This document shows positions 13,222 to 25,800 of a stretch of DNA of 50,366 bases, in pieces. The translations under genes were made by a program, and so were the position numbers. The first letter of the stretch is position 1. Every line of letters begins with the position of its first letter. The stretch is from Trichoplax sp. H2 (lineage: Eukaryota). The stretch is taken from NCBI GenBank assembly GCA_003344405.1, contig NOWV01000219.1:62001-112366 (forward strand). The letters are read 5' to 3'. The notes below the pieces were generated by a model. That model did not search any database, was not told the DNA's origin, and worked only from the letters and a program-made list of their open reading frames with translations.

Positions 13222-14483
13222 TTTATTTGGAGTATTTGAACCACCTTGATTGCTTTGAAGCTAATTTGCATACTAAACTGGTAAGAACGAAGACCCTTTA
13301 AAGGCGATTATTTTTTCCTTTTTTCAGCTTAATGTTACCTTTATGTATTTTCGTGACTTTGTCTCCTGTACAGGGAAGATGTTCGAATCTTTGAAATAGG
13401 TATGAATTTAAATTAATTTTCTGTGATTTGTAAATATAAATTTTGCGTCTAGAAATCATTCAAGCTTGGATAATAATAGTCGTTCCGTCAAGGTGTGCGA
13501 CACCCATAAAGCAGAAAAATAAAGCAATACTTCAATTTTGGGCATAACCTGGAACAGATTTAAAATAAAAATGTCATTTCGACCTCTTTTTTACAAGCGA
13601 ATAATAAACAAGTTCAGTATACATTCATTATACTGAAGTCCAAAAAAAAAAAATTGAATGAAAGAAAACAAATATAAATAAGTACAGTACATGGAATTTC
13701 TAACTTCCAAACATTCAAATTTTACCCGTTTTCAATACAAATCCATATAATTTTCATACCTCTGCCCTGGTGCAAAGGCTTGTAATAATTAAACAATAAA
13801 TTTTACCTGGTGCGAAAGTGGTTCCAAACGAGCCGTCATTGAAAAACGCACAAGATGGACGTTACCCTGTTGCTTTAGTACTATCTATTAGTCTTTTACA
13901 AGGTTTTAAAGGTAAGAAATGCTTATTTTTTGTAAAGATTAATGCTTAAGGGTAGTACTCAGCATGTTAAGCGATAAGCTACGAATTCCGTATCGTGCTC
14001 GATCGTAATGACATTTTAACTTTATAAAGCTTGACTTTTAGACTGTTTAGTTTAAGATGGATAGTAGCTGCATCAGGTCCAGCTACTAGTCTTTAATCAA
14101 ATATGAAGACTGTAAGGCTTATTGCTACTCTTAGTCACTTTGACACTATTCTTTTGAGCAAATCTAACACAAGCTTACAATAGTAGTGCAATAACGTAAG
14201 TTGGCAGAGAGTCGCAACACCAAGCCAATAATTTCTTATTTATTCTTTATATGGATTGGCATTATTCACGTGATTCACACTTTTCAGTATTAAGATAGGT
14301 GGAAAGAACATCCATCAATTACATAGTTTTTGTTGAATCGGTTCAAAAATCCAAAAAACTTATCTCTAGTACATCTCAGCTCGCAGATATTGAAACGCAA
14401 TTGTTTCTAAAGTTCTGTCATTTAAAAATCTTTTGATTGATCACAGGACTGCGATTACGCCAGGCTGATTTATTATTGCAGAA

Positions 14484-17088
14484 ATGAGAAATTCTAGAGG
14501 GAGAAGACGACATCGAAGACACCGAAGCCATCCAACATATCAAAGTCATGTAACACATGGAAATTGTCCAATATATCGAAGATATCCAACAGACCAAAGC
14601 TGTCCACCAAAACTGGAATCGTTTGTAGATTTTTATCTTGTCATCGATTTTGAAGCTACAACCAAATCAAAGTATCGAGACTACCATTTACCAGAAATTA
14701 TTGAATTCCCAGCCTTACTAATTGACGCTAGCACGCTAGAAGTTTTCAGCGAATTTCATTCGTATGTTCGACCTACGATCAATCGAACTTTAAGTAAATT
14801 CTGTAAGCGACTGACTGGAATATCTCAGGCAAGTAGGCAATGCTTTAATGACTAACTGCTCCATACGAGCTAAACACACTAAAAGTTTATTTTCTTCTTG
14901 ATTATACAACTCGTCTCAATCAATAGAATCATCTACAAGTAATTTTCATCATGGTAATCTACTGTAAAGTAGGAGTAGCAAAGCGCAAGCAGCTCCATAG
15001 TAATAATCGTATAGTCTCCTCGTCTTCCTTCTTACTAATATCATCTAATATTATCCAATACAGCAATGATATACAAGCCTACAGCTGAATAACATTCTGT
15101 CGATATAAAATTATGCATATTTTGTTATAATTTAGTTATCAAATCTGATGCTGATAGCAGGCCTGTGATTCGTGATTATTATAAATTAGCTATCTCTATA
15201 GATGTCACTTAACATAAACGAATGAACTAAGGACTATTGGGGATTTCAAATCCTCCAAATATTATTTTAATTTTTCCATTTTCACATAATCACAAAGTCT
15301 TATAGCAGCTTGTGTTATCTGCAAAGGTAATAAAAATGCAAGTGTGAAAAATCAATTTAGTTTAGCTAGCGTTACGTCATACTAATACATAATATCTATC
15401 CAATAATTACAATCTATAAGTCGACTAAATTCAAAACTAGTTTCTATCGTAAAAGTATGAGCTCGTTCCCTTTTACTTACAGGCTCATTATGACACCTAA
15501 AATATTAATATTGGTGAGATAACAATGGCACTTGGTCCAGTACCGGAATAATTTTATGGAAAAAGCCATGACGCTATGTTTAGTTATATTTAATTATTTG
15601 TTGTGTAGACAATGTAGTCAAGACATGCTGTTAAATTTAGCTCCAAGCATTACAATTTTCTTACTATAAATATACGGTATGATTGTGTAATAAGGTTTGA
15701 AGTCAAAATTTTGACTGAATGGGTTGATTGCTTGTACTAATTTATTTTGATACCCATTCTATGAGTGAACATTAATTCAAAAATAAGGTCTCAGCTCTAC
15801 TTTAAAGTAAAAAAATTAAATTAATTATAAAATCAAAAGTCTACAGTACAGCACCAAACAAAATCAATTATTATAAAGATATTAATTTATTGAAGTGATG
15901 TCAATTCATTTTTAATTTTCCTGCTTCATATACGAACATTATTCGAAATAAGATCTTAATCCTACTTTCAAGCTAAATTAGTTTTAAAAATTTATGGGAC
16001 GGTTTGACACTACAGTTTTCCTTATGATATAGTATGATGGTATTGCTTGATTGCAAAAATGCTAATTTATTTGTTGACAAACTCAATGAGTGAACATTAA
16101 CACGAAATAATGATCTCAATTCTGCCTGAAGCAAAATCAATTATAAAAATTAGAGCATGGTTTGAAGCAAAAGTATTTATTGTACTGGAGTTAATTGATT
16201 AATAAGATGCCAAATTTATTTTCGGCCAACTTTCATAAGCGAATACTTATATGAAATTCAAGAAGAGAAAATTTGCTGCGTACGGTATTTTAATGCACAA
16301 GTGATCGTATTACTTACCTAAGAATCAATTTAAGCTATGTTTGCCTACCTTATAATTGTATACTAAATTAAAATGAATCACCAACATTCCAATACAATAT
16401 GATTCGTAAAGTATTTAAGAAGCTGATCGATTACTATTGTTACTGAACAACTGTTTGGTGCCTGGCTACTGCATAGCGATAGTCTCGGATATCAATTAGA
16501 ATCTGTTTAATGTTCGTTAATCCCTTATAATTTGTAAATAACCAATCGTATGTGAGTAGGAATTGGTCAGTTGTGCAGATACTTTCCCTGACGTTTTTAA
16601 CGATTTCGAAGCTTGGTTGAACGACAATACTGTGAAGGAAAACAAGAGCTTTATTTTAGTAACGGATGGGTAAGATGAAGAGCATTTTTGATAGTATTCT
16701 TTGTTAATAGTAATATGCCAAACGTTTAAGCAAGGGCTAAAAATTTAATAATCCCATTTCTGTTTTATTTTCTTATATGAAATCACCATATGGCTACGTA
16801 ACGTGCAGTCCTACTGATGTTAAATATTACTTAAAGCGGCAGTGTGCATTGAGTGACGTTCCGTTTCCTTCGTGGGCTTGCGAGTGGATCGACTTAAAAC
16901 TAGCTTTCAAACGTATTTTTAACCTCCATTATCAACCAAGATTACCGGTGATGCTGGAACATTTGATGATTGATTTTTATGGTCAATGGCATCGTGGAAA
17001 AGATGATGTTCAAAATATTGCTAATGTGTTATGTCAACTAATTTTGGACGGCTATGAAATTACCCCTAATAGTGATACTTCGATCTAA
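14484..17088 (+). CDS. ERI-1 family (ERI1/2/3-like) DEDDh 3'-5' exoribonuclease, paralog A, catalytically intact, 244 aa
   Basis: Exons 14484-14828 (GC donor CAG|GCAAGT), 16560-16669, 16809-17088; 735 nt in frame. ExoI VIDFEAT, EIIEFP, FHSYVRP...LSKFCKRLTGISQ, ExoII VTDGPTD, ExoIII HRGKDDVQNI. No SAP domain seen. An acceptor (ttgcag) just before the ATG implies upstream UTR exon(s). Confidence 0.9.
15720..16260. repeat. Degenerate ~330-bp duplication in intron 1 of ERI paralog A
   Basis: ctaatttattt...atgagtgaacattaa...aaataa.g.tctca...aattataaaa at ~15735-15835 and ~16060-16150. Confidence 0.6.
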
Positions 17089-17459
17089 CTACCTTTGCTG
17101 ATGTGATTTGCTGTTTATCCGAACACAAATCTATTCATTCATGAGCATTAAATTTTTTCTGTTATTCTGTTGCCATAGACAAGTATTATTTCTAAAATGC
17201 ATGGTTCAAGATAGGTCGTAAGATCCCCCTTCGCATATGTTTAATCTTTATGTTATGTTCTGCTATCCAACTCATGACGCTGTTTAATTAATTGATTTCG
17301 CTATCTTCATCGTAGAAAATGAAATGTAAATTGTAATGTCTTTATTAATCTAGATATGTTGATGAGCTTCCAAAAGAAGTAAAATAATTTGCCTACGATA
17401 TATCATAATTAAACGCTTGAAATATTAAACTAACATCAATCATCCTGGTCACTGATTCA

Positions 17460-18393
17460 CTGTATTACTAATTACCACTGTTTGATAATAAACGCCATAT
17501 TTCTTGTGGTATGTTCAATCCTAATATTGATTGGATGCAATACCCGAGATTATTACCACTTCAATAGATCTAGTGAATTTTAGTTAAAATTCTGTGCGAC
17601 AAATGATATGATTTCTCAGATAAAGGCACTATGAAAAAAAAATAAGTAAAGTTTTGTGAGCTAGACTATCTTTATTGGCAGAAATAGAAAGCACACATGA
17701 ACATCTTACGATAACCTCTATCAACACGCTTATTATTGTGATTTGATTCGATTTTCACCTGATCTTCAGATTGGCATATTCGATTCAAATCACTTAGAAC
17801 TACTTAATTACATTTTGCTAGTAACAAAGCTAATCCAATATTGAGTTTAGATTAAACTTTAGAGTCANNNNNNNNNNNNNNNNNNNNCTGTATTACTAAT
17901 TACCACTGTTTGATAATAAACGCCATATTTCTTGTGGTATTTTTAACCCTAATATTGATTGGATGCAATACCCGAGATTATTACCACTTCAATAGATCTA
18001 GTGGATTTTAATTAAAATTCTGTGCGACAAATGATATGATTTCTCAGATTAAGGCACTATGAAAAAAAATAAGTAAAGTTTTGTGAGCTAGGCTATCTTT
18101 ATTGGCAGAAATAGAAAGCAGATTAAAGCTTATTTAACTGACTAATTATATCCACACATGAATATCTTACGATAAAGTTTTGTGAGCTAGACTATCTTTA
18201 TCGGCAGAAATAGAAAGCACACATGAATATCTTACGATAACCTCTATCAACACGCTTATTATTGTGATTTGATTCGATTTTCATCTGATCTTCAGATTGG
18301 CATATTCGATTCAAATCACTTAGAACTACTTAATTACATTTTGCTAGTAACAAAGCTAATCCAATATTGAGTTTAGATTAAACTTTAGAGTCA
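17460..18393. repeat. Gap-flanking duplication (probable uncollapsed haplotypes) around N gap 17868-17887
   Basis: 17460-17867 is nearly identical to 17888-18393; the second copy has an extra ~100-bp internal tandem duplication (~18075-18240). Confidence 0.9.
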
Positions 18394-20269
18394 TGAACGA
18401 GTTTGGTAAAGATCTAAGTAAGCAAGCAAGCATTTATGCCACTGTTCTCTGATTCGCTTTTACTGAATAGAAACAGTTACGTCAAAAATACTTTATACCT
18501 TCATTTATCTCACCTTTTCTTGCTACCTTATATCTTCACCGCGAATTCATTGAAATTGACATTAATTATAGCTATTATTGACATTTATTATTATTATCAA
18601 TTAATTATTATACTGTACAACAGCATGTATAATTTTGAAATAGTAAAAAGATCTACAGGCTGATCCGATAGTACTATCTAGGTATAGAAGAGAATCTCTA
18701 ATTTAGCGAAGCAAATTAGTTCAACTCAAAACTTTGTAAATTTCAGTAACGATAAGAAATTTTATTGTACACTTACCGCAAAGGGCTATGTTCGTTTTCA
18801 TACCGATCATGATTAGAAATTATAGCAATACGATTCTTATTTCATCCACATTATTTTAGCAGTCTTTATGATCATAGCATATTTTCACGTTGTCAACTGT
18901 TCCATTTACAGCACTGTATGCTGATTGCGATCACAGGCGCTCTGAAAAACCTTTTTGTAGTTCTATATGATATTATTGATGCCAAGACTGCGCCAGTGCT
19001 GCAGTTACTCTTTCACATGTATCGATATGAATCAAATTGCCAGTTACTCTAGGGAAAGAACCCATTTCAAGGTTAATTACCTAATCTTCTTCAAAGTACG
19101 AGCTAAATAATATTAGGAACTAATCACAAATGTAAGTATTTATGATGTTATACAGTCTTAAAAGTTAAAATTAAGAGATATACTAATTCTTTTTATAGTT
19201 AGCAAACTGTAGTTATCGTAAGGTACTTTATGCTGTTAAAACAGCATAAAAACAGGAATAGTCAGTGATTGTTGTAAAATGGTCTCAGATTAGACTACAT
19301 GATCTATGACTTTGCAATTTCAAAATGTTTTTTTCATACACATGTTAAAGTGCGCTTTTTAAAGGCCAATCTTAAATCTATTGGTCATGTAGTTTTATAA
19401 TTCTTGAAACCGAGTATAGATTGACATAATTATCAATACAATTTCATTTAGAAAACCAAAATTAAGAGATAGTTTTAATTTCATTCGAATTGAAATTGTC
19501 ATGAATAATACTTATTTTATGTTCCTTTATGTCATTAAATGGATATCAGCTGCATGTACTGTATTATTGTCCCTGATGTTTAGCAATATGTTTTAATAAA
19601 CACCAACGCCATCCATCACATTGCAATTTTCAAATTCTTGCCCTTCGCATACATTTCTCATAGCCTATTTACTCATTAAACATTACATTGTTCAGTTAAT
19701 ATATGAGATTTCGCCACTTAAAATGATTCTTTTCTTGATTAATAAAGCCAAATAAAATTAAATAAAACATGCTGAACTGAACTGGAATTAGATTTTTTAT
19801 CGTATTAATTACAGTGAGAAGTTACTGACGTCTGCAAAAAAACATGATCGCACTTGGTTTTGTGTTACAGCTTTAATGGTATATTTAATGGCGCCTACAA
19901 TTTTCCTAAATTTTAGCACATAGAAGCAATATTGCAATATCAAGTTAGAAGAGTTGCTGGTATACTACGTTTGCATTTTTTAAAACATCGTTTAAGGCGA
20001 TTAGCAGTAATTGGCCTGATTAGTATTTCTGAATCTCGTATCTTCATCTTGTGCCAAGGCAGAAAATTATATGCAGCACAGCTATTTGAAGTTACTTACA
20101 GATCTGTTCTCTAACGTCTACGATTAGTGTTACTAGCTATCTTATAGAAGCAGTCATGTCATGAATTTTAACATTGTTACCTCTCAATCTGAATTAGGGT
20201 AAAGCCAAATTTAATCTCCATTATAAGCATATCATAATAATGATTGTATGCGATAGTAATTAGAATTAC

Positions 20270-20900
20270 TATCGCGATTACATAGCTCTAATATAGCTAA
20301 TACTAAGTAAGCTGTTGCCTTCAGGAACAATAAAATTTGGAATTAAGATCGTATACGTTGATTACAGTTTAATGCATATGAATATCTACATATTAGAATC
20401 AATTCCATGTTGTTTCGTAATTTGTGAATAGCTGACAGTAACAATCTACCTTATATTGGTTATGATTTCAAATGCAACTGTGATTAAATTGCTCCAATAA
20501 TAAAACTCAGTTGTTGCAATCGGAAATAGCTATATCTGGAATGTACTTTATGTGTATTCACGGCGGTAGTTTAATGTACATAAATGTCTAGATATCAGAA
20601 TGAGTCTAAGACCTCTTTAATTTTTACCGGCAGCTGATGATAAGATCGTACTTATTGTAAAATTAATTTATGCTACGATAAAGATTGCTCTAATATAGCT
20701 AACATAAAGTAAGTCGCTGCCATCAGAAACAACAAGATTTGGAATTAACACCTCGTACGTCGATTATGGTTTCAATGGACATAAATGGCTAGTTATTAAA
20801 ACGTCAGTAGCCGACGAAACGATTAAATTGGTTGTAACTTTAATTAGAACTGTGATTATACAGTATAGGATTTTCGAAATGCTGATACGAGACTAGTTAT
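20270..20900. repeat. Degenerate tandem array, ~200-bp period, about 3 copies
   Basis: gctctaatatagctaa...aagtaag...tgcc.tcag.aacaa.aa.atttggaattaa at ~20284 and ~20686, with a more diverged copy at ~20490. Confidence 0.65.
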
Positions 20901-21358
20901 TGCCATCAGAAGTATATATGAAGCTTAATGATCGATTTAAAAAATCACGATAAGTATCAGTTTATTCATATCAACTCTGGCATCAGCCTGTACATATAAA
21001 ATGACCATTTCGAACAATTTCATAGTTGACGGCGTTGCATTGATGACGACAAATACTCGATAGCTTTTATGGCAAGGAAACTAATCGGTCTAGGCTTACG
21101 CGGTTACGTCTGCTGTTTATAAAGAACAGAACGTTCATTGATGATTTCATTTCTAGATCATCTATCATCTGCTGATGAAATTTAGGTCAGAAATTAGTAT
21201 TGTATCGCAATAAATGAAAAAAACTTCATTAGCAGCTTTACTACTCTACGTATTATCATAGCACAAGTTATCTGATCATATTTAATCCGTCCATAAATTA
21301 CATTATCTTTTATTCCGTCTTTACATCAATGATAATTTTTATTTGTAGGATCGCAACA

Positions 21359-22877
21359 ATGTCGGAGAGATCTGCACGTTTAAGAGCCAAGAACGGAATT
21401 AAATCTACCAATCAATTTGATTGCTACGTGATCTTTTACCTTGAAGGATCATGCTTACCTCAGCAGCCGCCTACATTTATACCTGAAGTGATTGAATACT
21501 CAGCAATTTTAATAAATAGCCGTAATTGCTTAAAAGAGGAAGAATTTCACGCCTATTGTCGCCCTAGAATCTATCCAATTTTGAGCGAATACTGCCAGGA
21601 GACAACAGGAGTTGTACAGGTAGTAACTTAATACTATTAATAACAAGATAAACACTTAATACTGCATTTAATTTGACATGGAAATACTATCATTTTAAAC
21701 GTATTAATCTTAATCCTTCGTGGTAAGCGAGATTATTTCGTATACGTACTGTTCTATTCAGATTAACAGCCCTCATTACGTAATTTCTGATGGTCATAGA
21801 TTATGCAAAAAGAAGTAATCTATAGCAAACTGATCTTAATCTATAGACAAGTTTAATTTCATGATGCCTAGGAAGCATAAGCTTTCCTTTTAGATAAATC
21901 CAAGGCTATAGGGATACTGCTGTAAAAGAACAAGATTATGCTAGATAATGTAATAGAAAAGATTATTTACAGTATCGCTGCTGTGTAATTATTACACAGT
22001 TATACAGTTTTTGAATGCAATAACTTAGCTTACAGTCATTAAAATGAAATGTTTATTTTGTAAGCCAGTCATTGAAATCAGAGCATCGATCCATGGATGT
22101 TAGTAAACGTTCAGTTATGCACTCAATTGCTAATTTGCTACCTTTATTGGTAGCGGCTGATATTATTTAATGAAAGCATTATGTAGCATATCTGATTTAT
22201 CATATCAACATTTATAGTACAACTACCTTGTGATGATTATCAAAAGTATAGGATAATTTATAGCTTTAGAACTGATTTAACCGCTTAACTACTAAGGCAG
22301 TGGTCGATAAAGCTAGTGACTTTGCAACAGTACATCATCTTTTTCTCAATTGGCTATGCAACGCTACCAGTAATAGAAATAATTTCTCAATGGTCACCAG
22401 TTCGTAAGTCCAGTCTTTGTTTATACTGCATGCGCTATTTGGCATGTATAAATAGCTTTTAATATGGCTACGATTATCCATGCATCTAATATATCCGTAA
22501 AGCATTTGGAAACACTAAAATATAAATACTCAGAAAATAGTCAATAGTAAAAGGCAGCTTTTAAGCTGATTTTCAATTTATGCTACTATTATAGATGTAA
22601 GGGTACGATCGAGCTATTTTTGACGCAATGTAGAAGGGAAAAAGTAGCAATACCTCTATGGATTGAACATTGGATAGATTTGCCTATTATTTTCCGGAAA
22701 TGTTATGGTTATCATCGTTTTCCAACTATTTCAGACATGTTACATAAATTTCAGATAGCGTATGAGGGCCGTTTTCTTCATGGTTTCCAGCGCGCCGAAA
22801 ACTTAGCAGCTATTTTGTGTGGTATGTTACAAGATGGCTGCTGCATCAAATGTGATACTGATCATCATGTTATATAA
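21359..22877 (+). CDS. ERI-1 family paralog B, divergent, predicted catalytically dead (pseudo-nuclease), 216 aa
   Basis: Exons 21359-21619, 22297-22403, 22595-22877; 651 nt with no stops or frameshifts, and the same intron positions and phases (0, 2) as paralog A. Retains PEVIEY, FHAYCRP, LSEYCQETTG, VDKASDF, WIDL, ML...YEG, but catalytic residues are replaced. Confidence 0.85.
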
Positions 22878-25800
22878 AAATTGGTTATACAGTCAACAGA
22901 CGACAGTTGATAGACTATAATGCAAGCTCATGTCAGGCATCACATAGTATTTAATCATCATCTTTGGTGGTCGTTTGCTAAAAGTATTCTCCTTTGGAAA
23001 GGGTTTTATATACCACATTTTTTTTATTTTAAAAGTATCGTTAACTGACCTATCGATGCTGTGTCCTTTAGCTTTAGCATAGCAACAGTAGTTGAATAGC
23101 AACGTACCTACTGCTAGAAACAGACTTTGAGCAGTGAATATTTTGCTGATGTATTAGGAATTGCTACGGCTTCGAAATTGATTATGAGAAATGCTCTCTA
23201 GCAGCTGCTAGTGCAAACAAATAGAAAAGCGCGGCTGCTAAAGATTGATATTGACAGTAAAGCGATCAATCTATTGTAAATATCTATGTATCAATGCAGT
23301 TTGTAATAAAATGCAAGTAAACAAATATAAACTCTTGCTAACGATATGTTATTAATGTGAATATGGGGAATATCAGAAATTCTCTTGCTAGTGAATTTGG
23401 GAGATAATACTGAGAGAATACCTACATTATACCTATCATTTTATGTAAAAGGTGAATATTGCAAATAATCTGAAGTTTATGGTCGTTGGTAAATTAAGGC
23501 AGACTATATAACGTTAAAGGATCAAAACTTTGTGTAGATAGTTTTCATTTACGGATGTGCTATTTGGTATTATCAAGTCAAAGAGAGGCGGTACAAGATA
23601 CTAAATCACAAACCGTCTTAATGTTGAATATTAATTAAATCTTGCATTGATATTGGCAGCTTTTCCCCGAAAAAGAATATGTAGGCGGCCGGACGATATA
23701 GTAAAGTTGAGGTATATTATGCAATGCATTTTAATGAAAGTTTAGTATTTCTAATGAGAATCGCCGTATTAAATGTAAAACTTAAAGATGCATTTCTATA
23801 CTGATAGATAATTAAACCGGTAAGATGTAAGCTTTGATGCAATAATTTTAATATGAAATTTTCTATTACTAAATTAATCGAATAATGTTATCACTATCTA
23901 ATCTATTCAAAGGGTGACCTTGGATGGTTTTGTAAATAATAATCGTAATTTAGATAATATTATGCCATGACAGGCCAGAATATTAATTTTAATAAATCTA
24001 ATTTTGTCTCATCAGTAATAATTAAATTAATACAACTAAATTGAGTTGTTCATCATTACACCCCTAAATGAATTTGCAAGTTTTAAATTATGGCAGTGGA
24101 GACTATTTTATATAAATAGATTTTTAGGTTACAGGGAGAAGTAATATTAATAGTAATTAGGCTAAATGTAAGCAATAAGTCAATAAATTCTAATAGTAGT
24201 GTTCAGTAATATGCCTATCTAAATTTTCTAGAACTGAATTGTCTTGAAGTTATCCCAACTGCCAACTGTAGCTCACTGTTTATAGCCTTTGCGTATAAGT
24301 ACATTTCTCATTTCACGTAAAATTGTCTAAAGGCTAAGCCATAGTATCTTAAACAATTCCCAAAAAACTTGAATTAGTACATGTACAAAATCATATCTAC
24401 CTTAATCTAATTTATTATTAGTATGGTATGAAATATCCATCAATGCATTCAAATTTGCGTAAAAATTATAATTATAATGTATTCAAATTTTTTCATTAAA
24501 GCTATCTTTAGTATGGTAACGAGAATTCTACTCCAAAATAGGCTGATGATGATATGCTTATAAATAGACAAGTACAATACATTACCGACTGAATGTTACT
24601 TTGGTTAAATTTAATTTAAGAGATATTAAAATTAAATTTATAAAATTGATCAAATCTTCATGTCATGCAATAATTGCTGCAATAAATTCAAAACTAATTA
24701 ATAAGTAATGTAATTGAAATATTTCATACAATCTATCCAATCAATGATAGTATTAACATTAAGGTTCGTATATTCTCTGTCTAGTCAACTCATTATTTTA
24801 AATCAATCGATTTATCTTTCTTAAGTACTTGATGTTAATTTTATGCCGTTTTGATATGGGGCAGTAATTACAAGTTATCTTCTTTCTGTTATTCTATAAT
24901 CTGTAAATACATATAAACATAATGTTGTATCTTGAAATGGTATGGCTACTAATGACTCCTTTAGGATACCGTCAAATAATTAATAATTAATTTAAAATAC
25001 TTCGATGCAGTAATACTATTTACAGTAAAGATTATTACCGATCGTCAACAAATATTTCTGATCCTTTACAGAGTAAATTTAAGATTCAAATCATGTTACT
25101 TACAGAATATCAGCCTGTTATACAATTTCGAGATATTGACAATTTGGTTTACTAATAAGGATGTGATATAGTGCTAGATCTAGTGTCTGTCTATCTGCCA
25201 TTGACCAATATTCGGTCTTATAAGATTTCTATTTGAAAGATCAATTTTAAGGAAACTGCTCTTAAAATGATCCATCTCAGTATTCTAGATAATTAAGTTT
25301 AATATTATTCCATTAAGACATTACTTTTTTATACGAAATGTGCTTCTGATTTCAGCTGTCTGTCTTTAACGAATTTGAAATCTTACGTATAGTTCAAGAT
25401 TTGATAGGTATACTCATATCACGTCTGACGAAATTAAAATATTAATAGTAAGCTTTTATTACATTTTAGATACTTAAGTTTATTAATCATCCACTCCTAT
25501 TTTTTTCCAAGGCTAGTATGATCACGTCCCAATACAGTTGTATTACAGACCGAACAAATTAGTGAGAGATTCTAAGAGCGGAAATATTACAAATTGAAAT
25601 CTGCTAATCCTATCATAGCTAACTTAGTATAACACTTGGCCGTCAGAATAGAGTAAAAATAGAGTAATAAAAAGTATTTTTTCCTAAAACATGACTTAAA
25701 TGATTAGAAGAAGTACGCGAAACGTTAATATTAACGTTACTGTACAATTTCATACATGAGCCAAATACTACTCCATTAAAATAGTCTAATTTGCAAGTTA

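Larger units (their letters stand above)
12015..13300. promoter_or_regulatory. Probable divergent promoter / 5' UTR region between TTC26 (-) and ERI paralog A (+)
   Basis: Head-to-head gene orientation. Dense GTAC/TACAGTAC cluster (12540-12920), telomeric tract, (CGGTA)n run at 12758-12776, and splice-donor-like sites on + (12531, 13281). TSSs cannot be located from sequence. Confidence 0.45.

Noticed and set aside
17460..18393. Apparent recent segmental duplication
   Set aside because: The copies abut a 20-N gap, as at two other gaps, so uncollapsed alleles are a more parsimonious explanation than true duplication.
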